64,000 nt of DNA from a virus, in the IMG/VR virus record IMGVR_UViG_3300027956_000006; one strand, written 5' to 3'. Shown piece after piece: positions 39,947 to 52,115 of the stretch. Position numbers and translations under genes: made by a program. Under the pieces are notes generated by a model. That model was not told the origin of the DNA. It saw only the letters and a list, made by a program, of their open reading frames with translations, and searched no databases. Each line of letters opens with the position of its first letter. Position 1 is the first letter of the stretch.

Positions 39947-42766
39947 TTACATATTTTCTAAAGATTGTTTTTGTGTTTTAAATAAGTTTAAAGTGTTTTC
40001 TTCTTTAGAGGGAAATTGCATTTCGTAAGCTTCATCATCTTCCATATTTTCTAATGGTGGTTTTTCAATTAATATATGCAATTTCCACCATGCACCAGCA
40101 AAACATCTATACGCTTCTGGTATATGCACTGTTGGTGGGGTATGTATAGAAACACGACCACTAGGGTCGGTTTTCTGCGTTTCAGAAATAAATTCTGGTA
40201 TCATTTCTTCGTCATAATTTAAAAGAAATTCAGTACTATAAAATTTTTCACGCAAAATACGAGTAGTAAGATTTTTCATATAATCTTTTACTTCTTCTAA
40301 GATATCTCCAGCTCCTTCTTTTTTACGCTTATATCCGGTAATAATGGCTTCACGAAAATCTATGAAAAAAATCCTTTTATCATATTGTTTAGATTTATAT
40401 TGTTCATTTTTGGGATTACATAATTTTGTCGCTATATCTCTACCATCCGCAGAAGTACAATCTATGCCTGCATATGCTTTATAAAATGTTAATACATAAT
40501 CAACTAATTCTGTTTGATCATCTGAAATCATACGATCTAATAATAAAATTTTTACTTTTAAATTCCATTTTCCTTTATATTTAAAAAAAGGTAACAGAAT
40601 AGTGGGCTGCGAATAACCTGCATCTATACCAACAATAACTTCTTCTACACCTTCAGGTAAACCTGGTAAATTACATAATACCTGACACGGATCCATATTC
40701 ACATAATCTTTTGCTAAAATTGTAATAATACGAATTTGGTTTTCAATTAACCCAGGAATATCTTTTGATTCACTAAAATCAATATTCTTTTTAATATCAG
40801 CTTCATTCCATACACCAAAAGAAGGCTCTCCATCCTGTGCTTCAATTTGTTGAATCCAATCATTAGAATTAGGGCCTTTTAATGTAGCTAATTTTTCACG
40901 TTTTAATTCTTGATTCCAATTAGGTTCCATTGCGCGATGAACCCTAAATTTTTTATTTTTAAATTTCTTTAAACGATGCGTAATCTCATAAAATGGAGAA
41001 TCAAGGATCCCATTTGATACGCCATAATAACGGTCAACAGAACCAGAAGGATGTTGCGTGTTTTGATATTTCATCCAAGCGTCTTGTATATAGAATTGGC
41101 CTTCTTCGATAAATCTAAAACAATTAGCGACTAATGTATGACTAACAAAATAATTATGTGTATTTTTAATACTAAGATCACATACCTTATTAATTTGTTT
41201 ATCTATTATAATTTCTTTAACCATTTTTTTCTGCAATAGAAATTCTTCATTAAAAAATTCATTAAGCTTAGATCCAATGCTAGATGTATCTGTTTCTATA
41301 TTAACTACTTTATATAAAAAAATTGGATGTAAGTAAGGTAAAATTAAATTAATAAATTTTAATGCATTTTTACGATTAAGATATAAATGATATAAGAAAT
41401 GCCCAAAACGTTTATTTTTTACTATTTTTACATCAATATCAAATTTAGATTTTAAAAATATTTTTAATAACTTATTTTCATTTAATGTAAATCCTTGTGT
41501 ATGCAATATAATACAATATATTACACCGCTTTTACCTAGAGTTCTACCCCCATCATCCATATACCAAATAGCTAAAGATTTTTCATCCACAAATTTTAAA
41601 AATTCTTCTGTAATAGTTTTTTTCTTATTTTTAATACATGTTAATGCAATTGGATCAAATGCAGATAAACAACGAGTGCTAAAAGATGCTTGATAGTGTC
41701 CATGTATACGGGGAACTTGTTTAATAATTTTTACTTTTTTATCTGAAACAAAATTTTTTAATACTTTATATTTAAATTCTATATATTCTCCATGTAAAGC
41801 TGTATGCGTAAATCTTATTCTATGTGATGCATCTGGAATATTACGTTGTTTATTAATTTTTCTACCAATTCTATGATTATTCCATGGATGAATAGATATT
41901 GATGCATCACCCAACAAACTACCAACAACAAGCGACCTTTGCGCACATGTCAAACTTGGCTCATCAGATAATAAAAAATCTGAAAATGGAATAATATCTT
42001 GCGCTTGTTTTTTAGTAATAATATTATTACTTTCAACATAAATACTATGATTATTAGTAACTAAAAGATGTGTATTATCTTCTAAAATAATACGTAATAT
42101 TTTTTTATCTTCAATTGGTGACACCCAACCATCAATAATTTCACTATCAACAATTTGTTGTTTATGAAAATCAAAACTTTTAACAAATAATTTTTTACCC
42201 CTTCTAATTTCTCTAATAATTTTAATAATAGAAATATTTCTCCCATCAGAAAGACGAACTCTTTGCCAAGGATGAATACATGGGTGATGTCCCTGAATCA
42301 TAACGGCTTGAGGATCTTCACCCGTAGAAATACCACAAATTTCATGATTATTTTTAAAACGAATTGAATAAATTGGAGTACGTGTAACAGCCTCGCGTAA
42401 AGAAACGCTTGTGTCACCTTTTAAGAAACTTCGCAAATAAGGAACATTCGCAAGATAAGTAATAACCTTCTCTAAACGATCCTTAACATGTGTTTTACGA
42501 AATGCTGTAAGAAAAGTTTCTTCTCCTGGATATAAATATGGGTTTTGCATAATTGAAAACTCAAGATCAAAACTTTTTCCAGTTCCACGTGCTCCTGCCC
42601 ACACAAGTTCGTCACATAACGCAGGTGCATATTGATAATAATATGTATAAAAAACTTTTCCTGTTGCTTGGGGTATAAAAAAATCTCGAAATGCTATTTT
42701 ATGATGAAAAACAAAATATAACCCTAGTTTTTGCTCAATGGTTGTGTTCTTTGTAGTAGTCGTCAT
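39947..42766 (-). CDS. terL: Terminase large subunit with intein
   Basis: Walker A GARGTGKS, Walker B CFRFIEE, RNase H-like VGIDAGYS. Confidence 0.88.
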   Translation of the reverse strand: MTTTTKNTTIEQKLGLYFVFHHKIAFRDFFIPQATGKVFYTYYYQYAPALCDELVWAGARGTGKSFDLEFSIMQNPYLYPGEETFLTAFRKTHVKDRLEKVITYLANVPYLRSFLKGDTSVSLREAVTRTPIYSIRFKNNHEICGISTGEDPQAVMIQGHHPCIHPWQRVRLSDGRNISIIKIIREIRRGKKLFVKSFDFHKQQIVDSEIIDGWVSPIEDKKILRIILEDNTHLLVTNNHSIYVESNNIITKKQAQDIIPFSDFLLSDEPSLTCAQRSLVVGSLLGDASISIHPWNNHRIGRKINKQRNIPDASHRIRFTHTALHGEYIEFKYKVLKNFVSDKKVKIIKQVPRIHGHYQASFSTRCLSAFDPIALTCIKNKKKTITEEFLKFVDEKSLAIWYMDDGGRTLGKSGVIYCIILHTQGFTLNENKLLKIFLKSKFDIDVKIVKNKRFGHFLYHLYLNRKNALKFINLILPYLHPIFLYKVVNIETDTSSIGSKLNEFFNEEFLLQKKMVKEIIIDKQINKVCDLSIKNTHNYFVSHTLVANCFRFIEEGQFYIQDAWMKYQNTQHPSGSVDRYYGVSNGILDSPFYEITHRLKKFKNKKFRVHRAMEPNWNQELKREKLATLKGPNSNDWIQQIEAQDGEPSFGVWNEADIKKNIDFSESKDIPGLIENQIRIITILAKDYVNMDPCQVLCNLPGLPEGVEEVIVGIDAGYSQPTILLPFFKYKGKWNLKVKILLLDRMISDDQTELVDYVLTFYKAYAGIDCTSADGRDIATKLCNPKNEQYKSKQYDKRIFFIDFREAIITGYKRKKEGAGDILEEVKDYMKNLTTRILREKFYSTEFLLNYDEEMIPEFISETQKTDPSGRVSIHTPPTVHIPEAYRCFAGAWWKLHILIEKPPLENMEDDEAYEMQFPSKEENTLNLFKTQKQSLENM
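41123..42280 (-). mobile_element. 386-aa intein with LAGLIDADG homing endonuclease
   Basis: Starts CIHPWQRVRLSDG; block B VTNNH; LVVGSLLGDASI and LAIWYMDDGG; ends HNYFVSHTLVAN|C. Confidence 0.92.
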
Positions 42767-43667
42767 ATACCTTTTGTAAATCCTTTAAAAAACTTTCTTC
42801 TTTCTCTAACAGAGGTACATCTTCTTGCACTGGCTTAACACCATATTCACCTCTAGCAGCTGCAGTTACTAAAATACCTTCAGGAGAAGTACGTAAAACA
42901 AACGCTACATAATGTAATGGAATTAATTGTTTATGATATAAATACCATAATTCTGGTGAAAAAACATGATAAATTGTTTCACCATTATTATCTAATGTAG
43001 TCTTAATTGCAAAACTAGGTAAACCTTGTGTATTTACAATCGCACCACAAGTACAACGAAAAGTAAATTCCCCAATGTGTGACTTAATAAAAGACTCAGC
43101 AGCTTCCATTGTTTCAGCATGTAAATCAGTAACATCCTTAATCTTTTTACGTTTATCAAGCATCCCTTCTAACGAACGCTGTAATGAAGCTACCTGTTCT
43201 GACACATTACGCATTTCTTTTAACCAACTGATATTTTCAGCATCATCCTCACTTGTCCCTTTTTTACGATTTAATTTAGCATGCATACGCTGATAAATAA
43301 TCTGTAATTTACGACTCATTGTCGCCCAAAACAAAAATTCATTTAAAGCTGAACAATCGGGGTATCCCTCCTCAAGCATACTCTGTCTTACTTTTTTTAA
43401 ATAATCTAATGAATTAAATTTATCATATTTAGAGGAAAAAATTTCCTGTAAATATGATAAATCACCAACATATTTTAAATCGAATTCTTCGGGAAGTTTA
43501 TTCTCGTCATCTCTTTGTTTTGCCAATATATCTTTATCTGGAGATAATGAGGTGGGATTAATTATAGGAAGTGCTTGTTGGTCAGAAAAACTTTTTAATA
43601 TTTTTTCGTTATATTCTTGTTCTATAGCATCTGGTACTGGTTCTTGATCTTCGGACATATTTATCAA
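42735..43667 (-). CDS. Putative terminase small subunit
   Basis: Overlaps terL start; helical; called on position only. Confidence 0.45.
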   Translation of the reverse strand: MINMSEDQEPVPDAIEQEYNEKILKSFSDQQALPIINPTSLSPDKDILAKQRDDENKLPEEFDLKYVGDLSYLQEIFSSKYDKFNSLDYLKKVRQSMLEEGYPDCSALNEFLFWATMSRKLQIIYQRMHAKLNRKKGTSEDDAENISWLKEMRNVSEQVASLQRSLEGMLDKRKKIKDVTDLHAETMEAAESFIKSHIGEFTFRCTCGAIVNTQGLPSFAIKTTLDNNGETIYHVFSPELWYLYHKQLIPLHYVAFVLRTSPEGILVTAAARGEYGVKPVQEDVPLLEKEESFLKDLQKVYDDYYKEHNH

Positions 43668-43758
43668 TGCATTGTTCTTATTAAAAATTAATAAAATATT
43701 CTAATTTTTTTCTATTGAATAAATCTACCATTATAATCACGTTTTCTTAAAAAAGTTG

Positions 43759-44349
43759 TTAACACTTTCTAATAGCTCCTATAGTAGTACTAAATAAATC
43801 AGCAGTATGAATTAAGCACGCTAAACTTGTCATTTTACCCTTATCAATAGAAAACCCACCATGATGAAATACCAAAGAATTTAATTGTATATCTGTTAAA
43901 AAAATACCATATTTACTAATTAAATTAACTACCTCAGCACTATCGTTCATATCTACCTTATTATCATTATATAGAAATTCAGTTTCATATTTATTATGCC
44001 CAACATTCGGTGATATATTTCTTTTATATTTAGTAATTTTTTCTAAATCATGTATAAAAGATATACAAATTACATCATCTCTATTAAAATCATGCAAAAA
44101 ACGTTCTTTATAAAGATCAAACATATCTAATGCAAATTCCATTACTTCTAAAGTATGCACATAAAGCCCACCTTTATAATTATGATGATATTTGATAGAA
44201 GCGGGATTATTTCTAAGCTTTTCTTCTACTGCCGCATATAATTTTAATACATTCTTTCTTAATGCTGGCATCCTAATTTCTTCCAAATAATCTTTAATTT
44301 GTTTTTGTATTGCTATTGTTTCTGATAATTTGCTATCCATGAGTATCAA
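43759..44349 (-). CDS. HD-domain hydrolase (YhaM/Cbf1-like)
   Basis: PASIKYHHNYKGGLYVHTLEV, IHDLEK, HHG, IHTAD. Confidence 0.88.
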   Translation of the reverse strand: MILMDSKLSETIAIQKQIKDYLEEIRMPALRKNVLKLYAAVEEKLRNNPASIKYHHNYKGGLYVHTLEVMEFALDMFDLYKERFLHDFNRDDVICISFIHDLEKITKYKRNISPNVGHNKYETEFLYNDNKVDMNDSAEVVNLISKYGIFLTDIQLNSLVFHHGGFSIDKGKMTSLACLIHTADLFSTTIGAIRKC

Positions 44350-44566
44350 TTTGGTTAGGGAAAATTTCTTCTACAGCATGATTAAGTGCTTCAGAAAGTT
44401 TTACCTTTTCTCTTGTTGTAGGTTTAACTAAATGATTTTCAATTAATGAAATACGAGATTGTTTTACACCACTACGGAGAGCTAAATCCCATTGTGATAT
44501 CTTAGGTATAACTCTATATTCTCTAAGACGATTTTGTAATGTTTTTTGTTCTTGCGGGTTGTTCAT
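44333..44566 (-). CDS. XRE-family HTH regulator
   Basis: ISQWDLALRSGVKQSRISLIEN. Confidence 0.9.
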   Translation of the reverse strand: MNNPQEQKTLQNRLREYRVIPKISQWDLALRSGVKQSRISLIENHLVKPTTREKVKLSEALNHAVEEIFPNQIDTHG

Positions 44567-44873
44567 TTATTTTATTTTCTATTATACATATACATATTTT
44601 AACAAATTTTTTAAAATCTAAAATATAAATATTTGGAAGTTTGTTCTGTAATAAATATTTATAAAATAAATATGTTGCTTCTTTATCTCCATAGCCCCCA
44701 AACACCCCTAATACCATTGCACATAAAGTCCATGCTTCAAATTGTTTATATGTAACCTTACTTCTAGATAACTGTGAGTATCTTTTTTTAGTATGTTTCT
44801 TTAAAACTATAAATTCTTCCTTATCAATATTTATAGCCTTAATTATATAATGTGTCTTTTGCTCATCCATCAA
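44523..44873 (-). CDS. Hypothetical protein
   Basis: ORF track; downstream of a promoter. Confidence 0.5.
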   Translation of the reverse strand: MMDEQKTHYIIKAINIDKEEFIVLKKHTKKRYSQLSRSKVTYKQFEAWTLCAMVLGVFGGYGDKEATYLFYKYLLQNKLPNIYILDFKKFVKICICIIENKINEQPARTKNITKSS

Positions 44874-44911
44874 AGTTGAAATTATTATTAATTATAGTTA
44901 TTTACATGATA

Positions 44912-44940
44912 AGTATAACACCCTTTCTCTATCTTGTCAA
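44912..44940 (-). promoter_or_regulatory. sigma70-like promoter
   Basis: TTGACA-17-TATACT with TG extension. Confidence 0.7.
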
Positions 44941-46136
44941 AGGTTTTTATATATTTGTTCTTGTTTAAATGAAGCTATAAGATCACCTTGTGCGATAACC
45001 TTTTTTTCTAAGTCTTCAATATATTTTCTTAAGGGTAATAAATTATATTGTTGATGCATATTATTAATAGTTTTTCCTAAAATATTAACTACATCAATTA
45101 ATGTGTCTATTTTTTCCACAATATCAATTATGTCTAAATCAATATACTGTTCTTCTGCTATATTACAATCTGTTAGCATGTTTTTAACTTTAATTCTGTA
45201 ATATTTTTTATCCTTTTCAAATATCTTTTTCATCAGATACCTCTATTATTGTATCATCATTAATATTTTTATATTGATTATAAAATAAACAAATATTACA
45301 TTTTACATCCCGATTTAAACAATCTGTTCTATAACAAAAACCTATTCTATAATTACTTCGAGATTTAGTCGTCATTCTTCACATCTCCTGCTAAATTAAC
45401 ACATGTTATTAACTGAATTGATTTATCTACATCAAAATGAAAAGTACAGTTCGAAACTTTTATAGCATCCTTATCTTTTTCATTCAAAATAATAACTGTA
45501 CCTGGATAAAAATGAACTCCACAAATAGTACCACGACCTCTAAGAATGTTCCAGCAAGCTAAAAATCTCAATTTAAGTGTATAAAAAATCATGCTATCTC
45601 CTTTTTATACTAAAATTACACAATATTATATAAAAAAGTTCATACTTATTATTTTAATGCTTATAATCTTTATTAGTCAAACAATGCTCTAAATACATTA
45701 TCGGATCACTACTAATCACCATTTCTTGCAATCGATATTTATATTCCAATATAGTAAAACAAGCACGTTCATAACTCTCTAAATTAGCTAAAGCTTCTTT
45801 TTTTGTCATCCCTGCTTGTAAACAACGTTTTTCATATTGTTCATATGTTGTACCATTTTTAAAACGACGTTTTGAACCCCAAAAAGCAAGTGCAAATGCA
45901 TGCGAAAATATGATCTTTTCTTTATTCCTTTCCCATATACGTTCTATAAGTGCTAAAAATTGTTTTTTATTGAATTTTCTATTATTTTTACCATTTTTAT
46001 AAGATAAAAATAAAGGTAAAAAAGATAAATGTTCTTTAAAACCATTTTTTTCAGCTATTTTTATCACTTTTGCTAAAATTGATGCATTTTTCAATTCATT
46101 TTTATCTCTTTTTTGTGGTAAAATCATTTTTTTCAT
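44937..46136 (-). CDS. Three hypothetical ORFs (44937-45233, 45365-45592, 45654-46136)
   Basis: ORF track, GGAG/GAGG RBSs. Confidence 0.55.
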
Positions 46137-46164
46137 ATTTCTCCATAATTTTATTATATTTTTA

Positions 46165-46842
46165 TTAATATTTAAAATTTTCCCATGGAGTTTTACTATA
46201 TCTTTGCCAAATTAACGCGTCTAACTCCGCAGAAGACAATTTATTCTGTTTTGCAATATCTTGAAATATCATTTCCATTTCTAAATAATGTTTATTTGTT
46301 CTTGGAGTACCGAAAGTTATTACCCAATCACCGCCTTGTGTCTCAAAAAACTGTTTTCCATCATTTGGAGTTAATGTATTTAAGAATTTAATAATGTGAG
46401 TATCAATTATGGCAAGATCTTTATCACCTAAATTACGCATAAAATGCGATGCTGTCTTCATACCTAAGCCTTTAACATTTTTTACTAACCATTCACGTAA
46501 TTTTTGAGAAGATAACAATTCTTCATAATCTTCCCATTTATAAATTTGATAAAGTATGTCTTGAAACTTACTTTTACCTTCTAATAAATATTTAGCTTTA
46601 TTTCTATAAAACCTAACAGGTTTACAAATTTCTTCCAATTCAGATTTGGCTATATCTATATAATAAAATTCCTTATCAATTAAAATATCAATTACTTTGC
46701 GATTATTAATAAATTTTGTTTGTGGAGCGCAGATACAGAAGCAAAGGTCATAAAAAACCTCTTCCACATTTTTTTTACGACCAAAATGTTTAAAAGTTTC
46801 TTTTAACCCTTGCTTCTCTTTATCTGTAATTACTAAAAGCAT
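46165..46842 (-). CDS. ogg: 8-oxoguanine DNA glycosylase/AP lyase (HhH, OGG2/Thermotoga-archaeal type)
   Basis: LCFCI, VRFYRNKAKY, VKNVKGLGMKTASHFMRNLG...AIIDTHI. Confidence 0.85.
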   Translation of the reverse strand: MLLVITDKEKQGLKETFKHFGRKKNVEEVFYDLCFCICAPQTKFINNRKVIDILIDKEFYYIDIAKSELEEICKPVRFYRNKAKYLLEGKSKFQDILYQIYKWEDYEELLSSQKLREWLVKNVKGLGMKTASHFMRNLGDKDLAIIDTHIIKFLNTLTPNDGKQFFETQGGDWVITFGTPRTNKHYLEMEMIFQDIAKQNKLSSAELDALIWQRYSKTPWENFKY

Positions 46843-46844
46843 TA

Positions 46845-47223
46845 TTAATCTTTCATAAAATTCTTATATTTCGAACAAACTTTATGAGTTGCACTAACAC
46901 GTTTTATAACAGGAGCTGCATTACAAATATAATGTTCTGGATCGTTTTCATATTGAACTCTGCTACCACATGTACCACATGTTTTCTTCATACTACCCCC
47001 TTGTTTATATACTAAATAATTTTAGTATATTAATTATTTTATAAATATTTTATCCCAATATCTCTCTATCTTTAGCTGTAAAAGGTAAATCAAAAATTTT
47101 ATTACATACATAACAATGTATTTTCTTATAATATCGATAATCTTGATAATAAACTTTTAATACAATCGTAAAATCACCACCACATTCAGGGCAATCAAAA
47201 ACATTATAACGTTCGTCATACAT
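46845..47223 (-). CDS. Two small Cys-rich ORFs (46845-46991, 47050-47223) not in ORF track
   Basis: MKKTCGTCG...; MYDERYNVFDCPECGG...HCYVCN. Confidence 0.55.
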
Positions 47224-47226
47224 TAA

Positions 47227-48479
47227 TTAAAGTGTCCATTTTACCTTCATCATAGCTTCAACTTGATCGCGTATTTGATGGAAATTAAGGTGTTCTTCTA
47301 AATACGGTTGTTGAGGCTCTAATTTATCTCTTTTTAAAGAACACCATGCCTCAATACCAATTCTACCATATTGATTAAAGATATTATACACTAAAGGTAG
47401 CTCTTTGTCTTCAACTAATTCACAATCTGCAGTTGCCCAAGCAAAAACATCATTGCATACAACACAAAATTGAATCCCGATAAATTCTTCATTAATATTA
47501 TTATTTTTAAAGTTAGACCCCCAAAAAGCTACATCATGATATAATAATTCTGCTTGCATTTTATGTATATTTTTTAATCGATCAGCAGCTTTTAACTCTT
47601 CGATAACTTTTTGTAAATAATCTATTATCGCAGTATCAATATCTGCATCTAACAAATTATCTGTCTTAACCACAAATTCTCTTGGTAATTGTTTTTGTAA
47701 ATGAAGTAATAAATCCAACCTTTTAGTAACACAACTAATATGGTGATACTGAGCAACACCTGGTTGATCAACATGACAAAACATTAATGGCCATTCACTA
47801 GGATTGCCAGCAATGCTATTCGTGTTTTTTCCACAATAGTAGCAGACACCATCTTCTAATGATGTACATGTTTCATCTGGATTATTCATTTATATTTCTC
47901 TCCTTTCTATTTCTCTTAACCCAAAAGGGTCTTTATTATCTTCAACATACTTTATAAATGTCTTTTTGATATTAATTTGTGTTCCCCAAACAGCTAAATG
48001 ACATCTACCACATTCTAATAATTTTCTATTTTCTAATGGTGGGAAATTACTTTCATACAAATGCTCTGTTTCATTAATTTCTTCCATACATATTGGGCAA
48101 CGTGCTTGATATGTACAATCAAATGTTAATGCTGAAACTTCCCTTGGCTTTTGTTTAAAAAACATTATATCACCCCTTGTTTTAAATCTTTTAATGTCTC
48201 CAACAAATTCTCATAAGGTTCTTTTTCTGTGAGCATATTATCTAAATCATCTTCACCATAATTATTCTCAATTTCTTCAATTTGATCTTCTGTATCATAT
48301 ATTGCGTCATCTAATGCCTCTATTATATTCTTAGATTTTAATATATTATTAAATAAAATTATTTCACGATCTAAAGATTCCCAATTATTATTACCGAGCA
48401 TAGAAAATTCCTTAATACTTTGTCTCGTCTTAACTAATTCTTTCAATTCTTTTTCTATCGCTTGTTTTAGTTTTTTCAT
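47227..48479 (-). CDS. Three hypothetical ORFs (47227-47889, 47890-48165, 48165-48479)
   Basis: Abutting ORFs. Confidence 0.6.
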
Positions 48480-48493
48480 TTTTCTCCTTTATC

Positions 48494-48607
48494 AATAATG
48501 CGCCAGCACGAGCATGCAATTTGCCGAGGTATCGAACCACACGGACTCTGCCATCTTATATTTCTATCTATAAGAACAAATCAGGTTGCTAACCATGGCG
48601 CACTATT
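48494..48607 (-). ncRNA. tRNA-like element D (GAUAG family)
   Basis: Closing stem AATAGTGCGCCA/TGGCGCATTATT; TCTTATA-GATAGAAA-TATAAGA; GGT-TCGAT-ACC. Confidence 0.55.
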
Positions 48608-50731
48608 TTAACCTAATTCTTGTTGTAACTCACATTGTTTTCTTCTGCAAATCTCATCAAAAGCACCAAAAATTACTTCTAACCAAGGATTTAATTTCTT
48701 TATTATCGGGATATATTCATAATCTCTCCCTTGTGGTAAATGATCATAAGCATAAACTATATATCTCTCTTCACATTCATCAACGTATTCTAATAAATTT
48801 TCCAAATATTCTCTTTCATCAGTCTCTAATTCGTCCTCATCAATATTATCGTGCCTTAGTCTGTTTTCAATTTCTAATCTTGTAGCTTTAGGGTCATAAT
48901 CACTAAACTTTTGTGTTGATGCTATTGAAAGTTTTTCACACCAATATGAATCACTAACAAATCCATCAGGAGAAGGGTGAAATTCTCTACAAAATATCCA
49001 ATTACCATAATCACCAGTAACAGCTAATACCCCTTTTGCATTAATAAATATTATAGAACCACATCTTGTGTCAGGTTTTTTAAACTCAGTAATCAATACA
49101 TCCTGATACCGAGTTTCTATAATTATGTATTGATCAAAATTTACATCCGTCCTATGTTCTCTCATTTTTATCCTTTCCTACTCTATCACATATTTTAACC
49201 AATAATGCTATCAATACACTAAATAATATTATAACACAAACAAGAATGGAAGAAAAAAATATAGTTATATTTTCACTTAATTTTTGATAATTTATTTTTT
49301 TGTGCATTTAAAATAGCCTCAGTAATTTTATTAGACATTTTAGAATCATACATCATTTTTAATTTATTTTCACCAACTTCTATAAATTTATCAAATTCTT
49401 TTCGAATTTCATCTTTACTCAAAATACAATCCCGTTTAATTAATTTACCATCTATTACTGCGAACCCTAATTTCAAAAATACATTAAATGCTTTAATCAA
49501 TGCTTGTTCATGAGTCCCACAATCTATGGCTTTAATACATCCATACTGATATAAAATTTCTATTGCCTCTTCCAGTTTCATCTTCTCCCTTTCTTATTTC
49601 GTAATATTTCTGTTGAATCAAAATAATTTTCATCCCGTATAAGGTTTTTAGGTATATCATCCGGTAAAATTATTACTTTATCAGTAACAATATCTGAATA
49701 AAAAATAAGATTCTGTGCACACACTCTTATACCTTTTTTAAACTTAATTCTCACCTTACCATAAATGGAAATATTATATAGTACTTGACTTCCTATAAAA
49801 ACATGAAAACACACTTTTAATTTATCTAATAAATTCATCAATACTCCCCCTAATCTATATTTAACATAAAACCTATTATCATAATAGGAATAAAAATAAT
49901 TAATGGGTTAATAAAAGAAAATTGATAACACATTAACCAACCAATCATAAATCCTACTCCAACCATATATAATACTGTTCCAATAACATGTTTCACATTT
50001 AACATTAATGCTCTCTCTTATATTTTATTTCAATTCTAATTGTTAAATATTTATTACTTATTTATTACTTATTTCAGTTTTAAATATAATTTATTATATC
50101 ATAATTTATTATATCATAATTTGTTCCGCATTGAAAATCATCTCTCCTTACCAATTCTATTCTCTTACAAAAACTATATTATGTGTAACATCTCTATCAC
50201 CAGAATCAGTCCTAGATCCAATTTTATCATACAAATATCCGCCTTCTACCTTTAATCTAAATGTATTTTCAGCAATCATTTCCCAATCAGAAGTTTCTAT
50301 AGTCTCTGGGTTAATCTTTTCACATTTAGCGCATTGCCATTTATCCCTAAAATAACCTATATTTACTATAGTTGATTTACAACATTTTGAAATTTTCATT
50401 TACTCCATCCCTTCCCATTAAAGTACCTTAGCTGCACAATTTTCTATTAACTAATGGATAGTTAAGTTGCGACTAAATTTGAACATGTTCCTGTTGACAA
50501 ATTTAAAACTTTAATATCTTCTAATTTTATCTCATGAACAAATATATCATCTTCATCACGCATAATAAAAACTAACCCCCAATCACTTGATTTTGCATTA
50601 CCCCCAATATTAGTATGATCCCATTTTTTTATTGTTATCACATAATTAGAATTAATCACTCTATCTTTTACAAGATACATATATTTTACTTTTTCATTAA
50701 TATTAGTTTCTACTAAAGTTGTGTCAAACAT
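48608..50731 (-). CDS. Run of hypothetical ORFs (48608-49165, 49273-49581, 49578-49841, 50157-50399, 50462-50731)
   Basis: ORF track, co-oriented, RBSs. Confidence 0.55.
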
Positions 50732-50732
50732 T

Positions 50733-51146
50733 CTACTCCCCCTTTGTTAATAGTGCGTGGATTGCTGGAAACACATCTACACTGTTTACATCTGCCGTAT
50801 ATTTACATCTATAGCCGCAATATTCTTTTATTCTCACCGTTGTGTAATAATCCTGGATATCGACAGCTGTTATTATTGCTCTTACAAAAATCACATCTCC
50901 GATTTTGAGTTTTTCTAAAGGGACTCTATCGTAATGTTCTGACGGATGATGATAGTTTTTTTTACATAAATCACAGTCTTCGATTGTCGGCACCTTTCCC
51001 CACCCTAACGCTCTGAGCTTGGTTTCGTTGACTTCTTCTAACTTGCAATCTCCAAGTGCATGATTATACCCTTTATCATATTCACAATACTGACCTCGTT
51101 CAACTTTTCTTGCTTCAGGCACATCCACAATCTCAGATAGTTTCAT
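50733..51146 (-). CDS. MKLS...VNETKLR family paralog 1
   Basis: Shares N-terminal motif with 51143-51392 and 52081-52467. Confidence 0.7.
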   Translation of the reverse strand: MKLSEIVDVPEARKVERGQYCEYDKGYNHALGDCKLEEVNETKLRALGWGKVPTIEDCDLCKKNYHHPSEHYDRVPLEKLKIGDVIFVRAIITAVDIQDYYTTVRIKEYCGYRCKYTADVNSVDVFPAIHALLTKGE

Positions 51147-51392
51147 TTTATTATTCCTTTCTTAACAGGATGAGCACAAGCATTACAAGCCGAACACAGT
51201 TTATCTCTTAGTATGTCTTCGCTCGGCACCTTCCCCCCACCCTAACGCTCGGAGTTTGGTTTCGTTGACGGGGAGATTAGAGACTTTTAATATTGCATCA
51301 TTAAAGCCTCGATTGTAATGTTTTGTTGGGCAAGCCTGAGTTTCAGACTCAAATTTTCCAACAGGCATATTCACTAAATCAGATAGTTTCAT
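51143..51392 (-). pseudogene. MKLS family paralog 2, +1 frameshift in a G6 run
   Basis: TGGGGGGAAGGTG versus paralog TGGGGAAAGGTG; removing one base restores GWGKVP and an ATGA overlap with the next gene. Confidence 0.7.
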
Positions 51393-51494
51393 TTTATCCT
51401 TCCTTTCTCATCACTTCAATCAACTCTGGAACATAGACTAAACAGAATACTATGATACTTAAATCTCTTAAACATGAGATAAACAGTAAAATGT

Positions 51495-52115
51495 TCATTC
51501 TGTCCTCCTCAACTCTTTGATTACATCTTTTACAAACGCATCGTAAAACTCGCCGTTCCCTTTCATCCCCTCCACCCGCTTGACTGCAAGGGAGATGATT
51601 TTATCTGCGTTTTCTTTAACATCATTTTGAGAAGAAACACACAAATCTTTAAACTCAGTTTCGTATATTGCTTTACTTAGTGATTCAATCACCTCATCCC
51701 TAAACGTCTTTGTCATTCAGCACCTCGCTTTTATTATTTCTCTTACTAAATCTAACTAGGAATGAATATCTTCTGTTTATTCTTTTTGTTACACTCTGGA
51801 CAAGGGCGGCACTCTTCTTCAATAAAATGGCATTCCGTAACTTCAATTGAATAATATCCTTTGTCACCACACCTTTTACACTTCTTCATCGGTGAGTGTC
51901 CTTTCTGTAAATAAAGAATCCGTTATGAAACCACAACTTATCAATCTTAGGCTTAATTCTTTTTTCACTTCACCAAACTCCCATGCTCCTTTTTGAGTGA
52001 AGCACCCATCATAATCATCGCCCTGAGCAGAGCATATAACTTCTTCCACTAACTCTTGGTTGGATAATTCTTTAAGATGTTTAAGATATTCTTTTTGATA
52101 TTCTAACTCTTTCAT
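51495..52115 (-). CDS. Two hypothetical ORFs (51495-51716, 51876-52115)
   Basis: ORF track. Confidence 0.55.
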
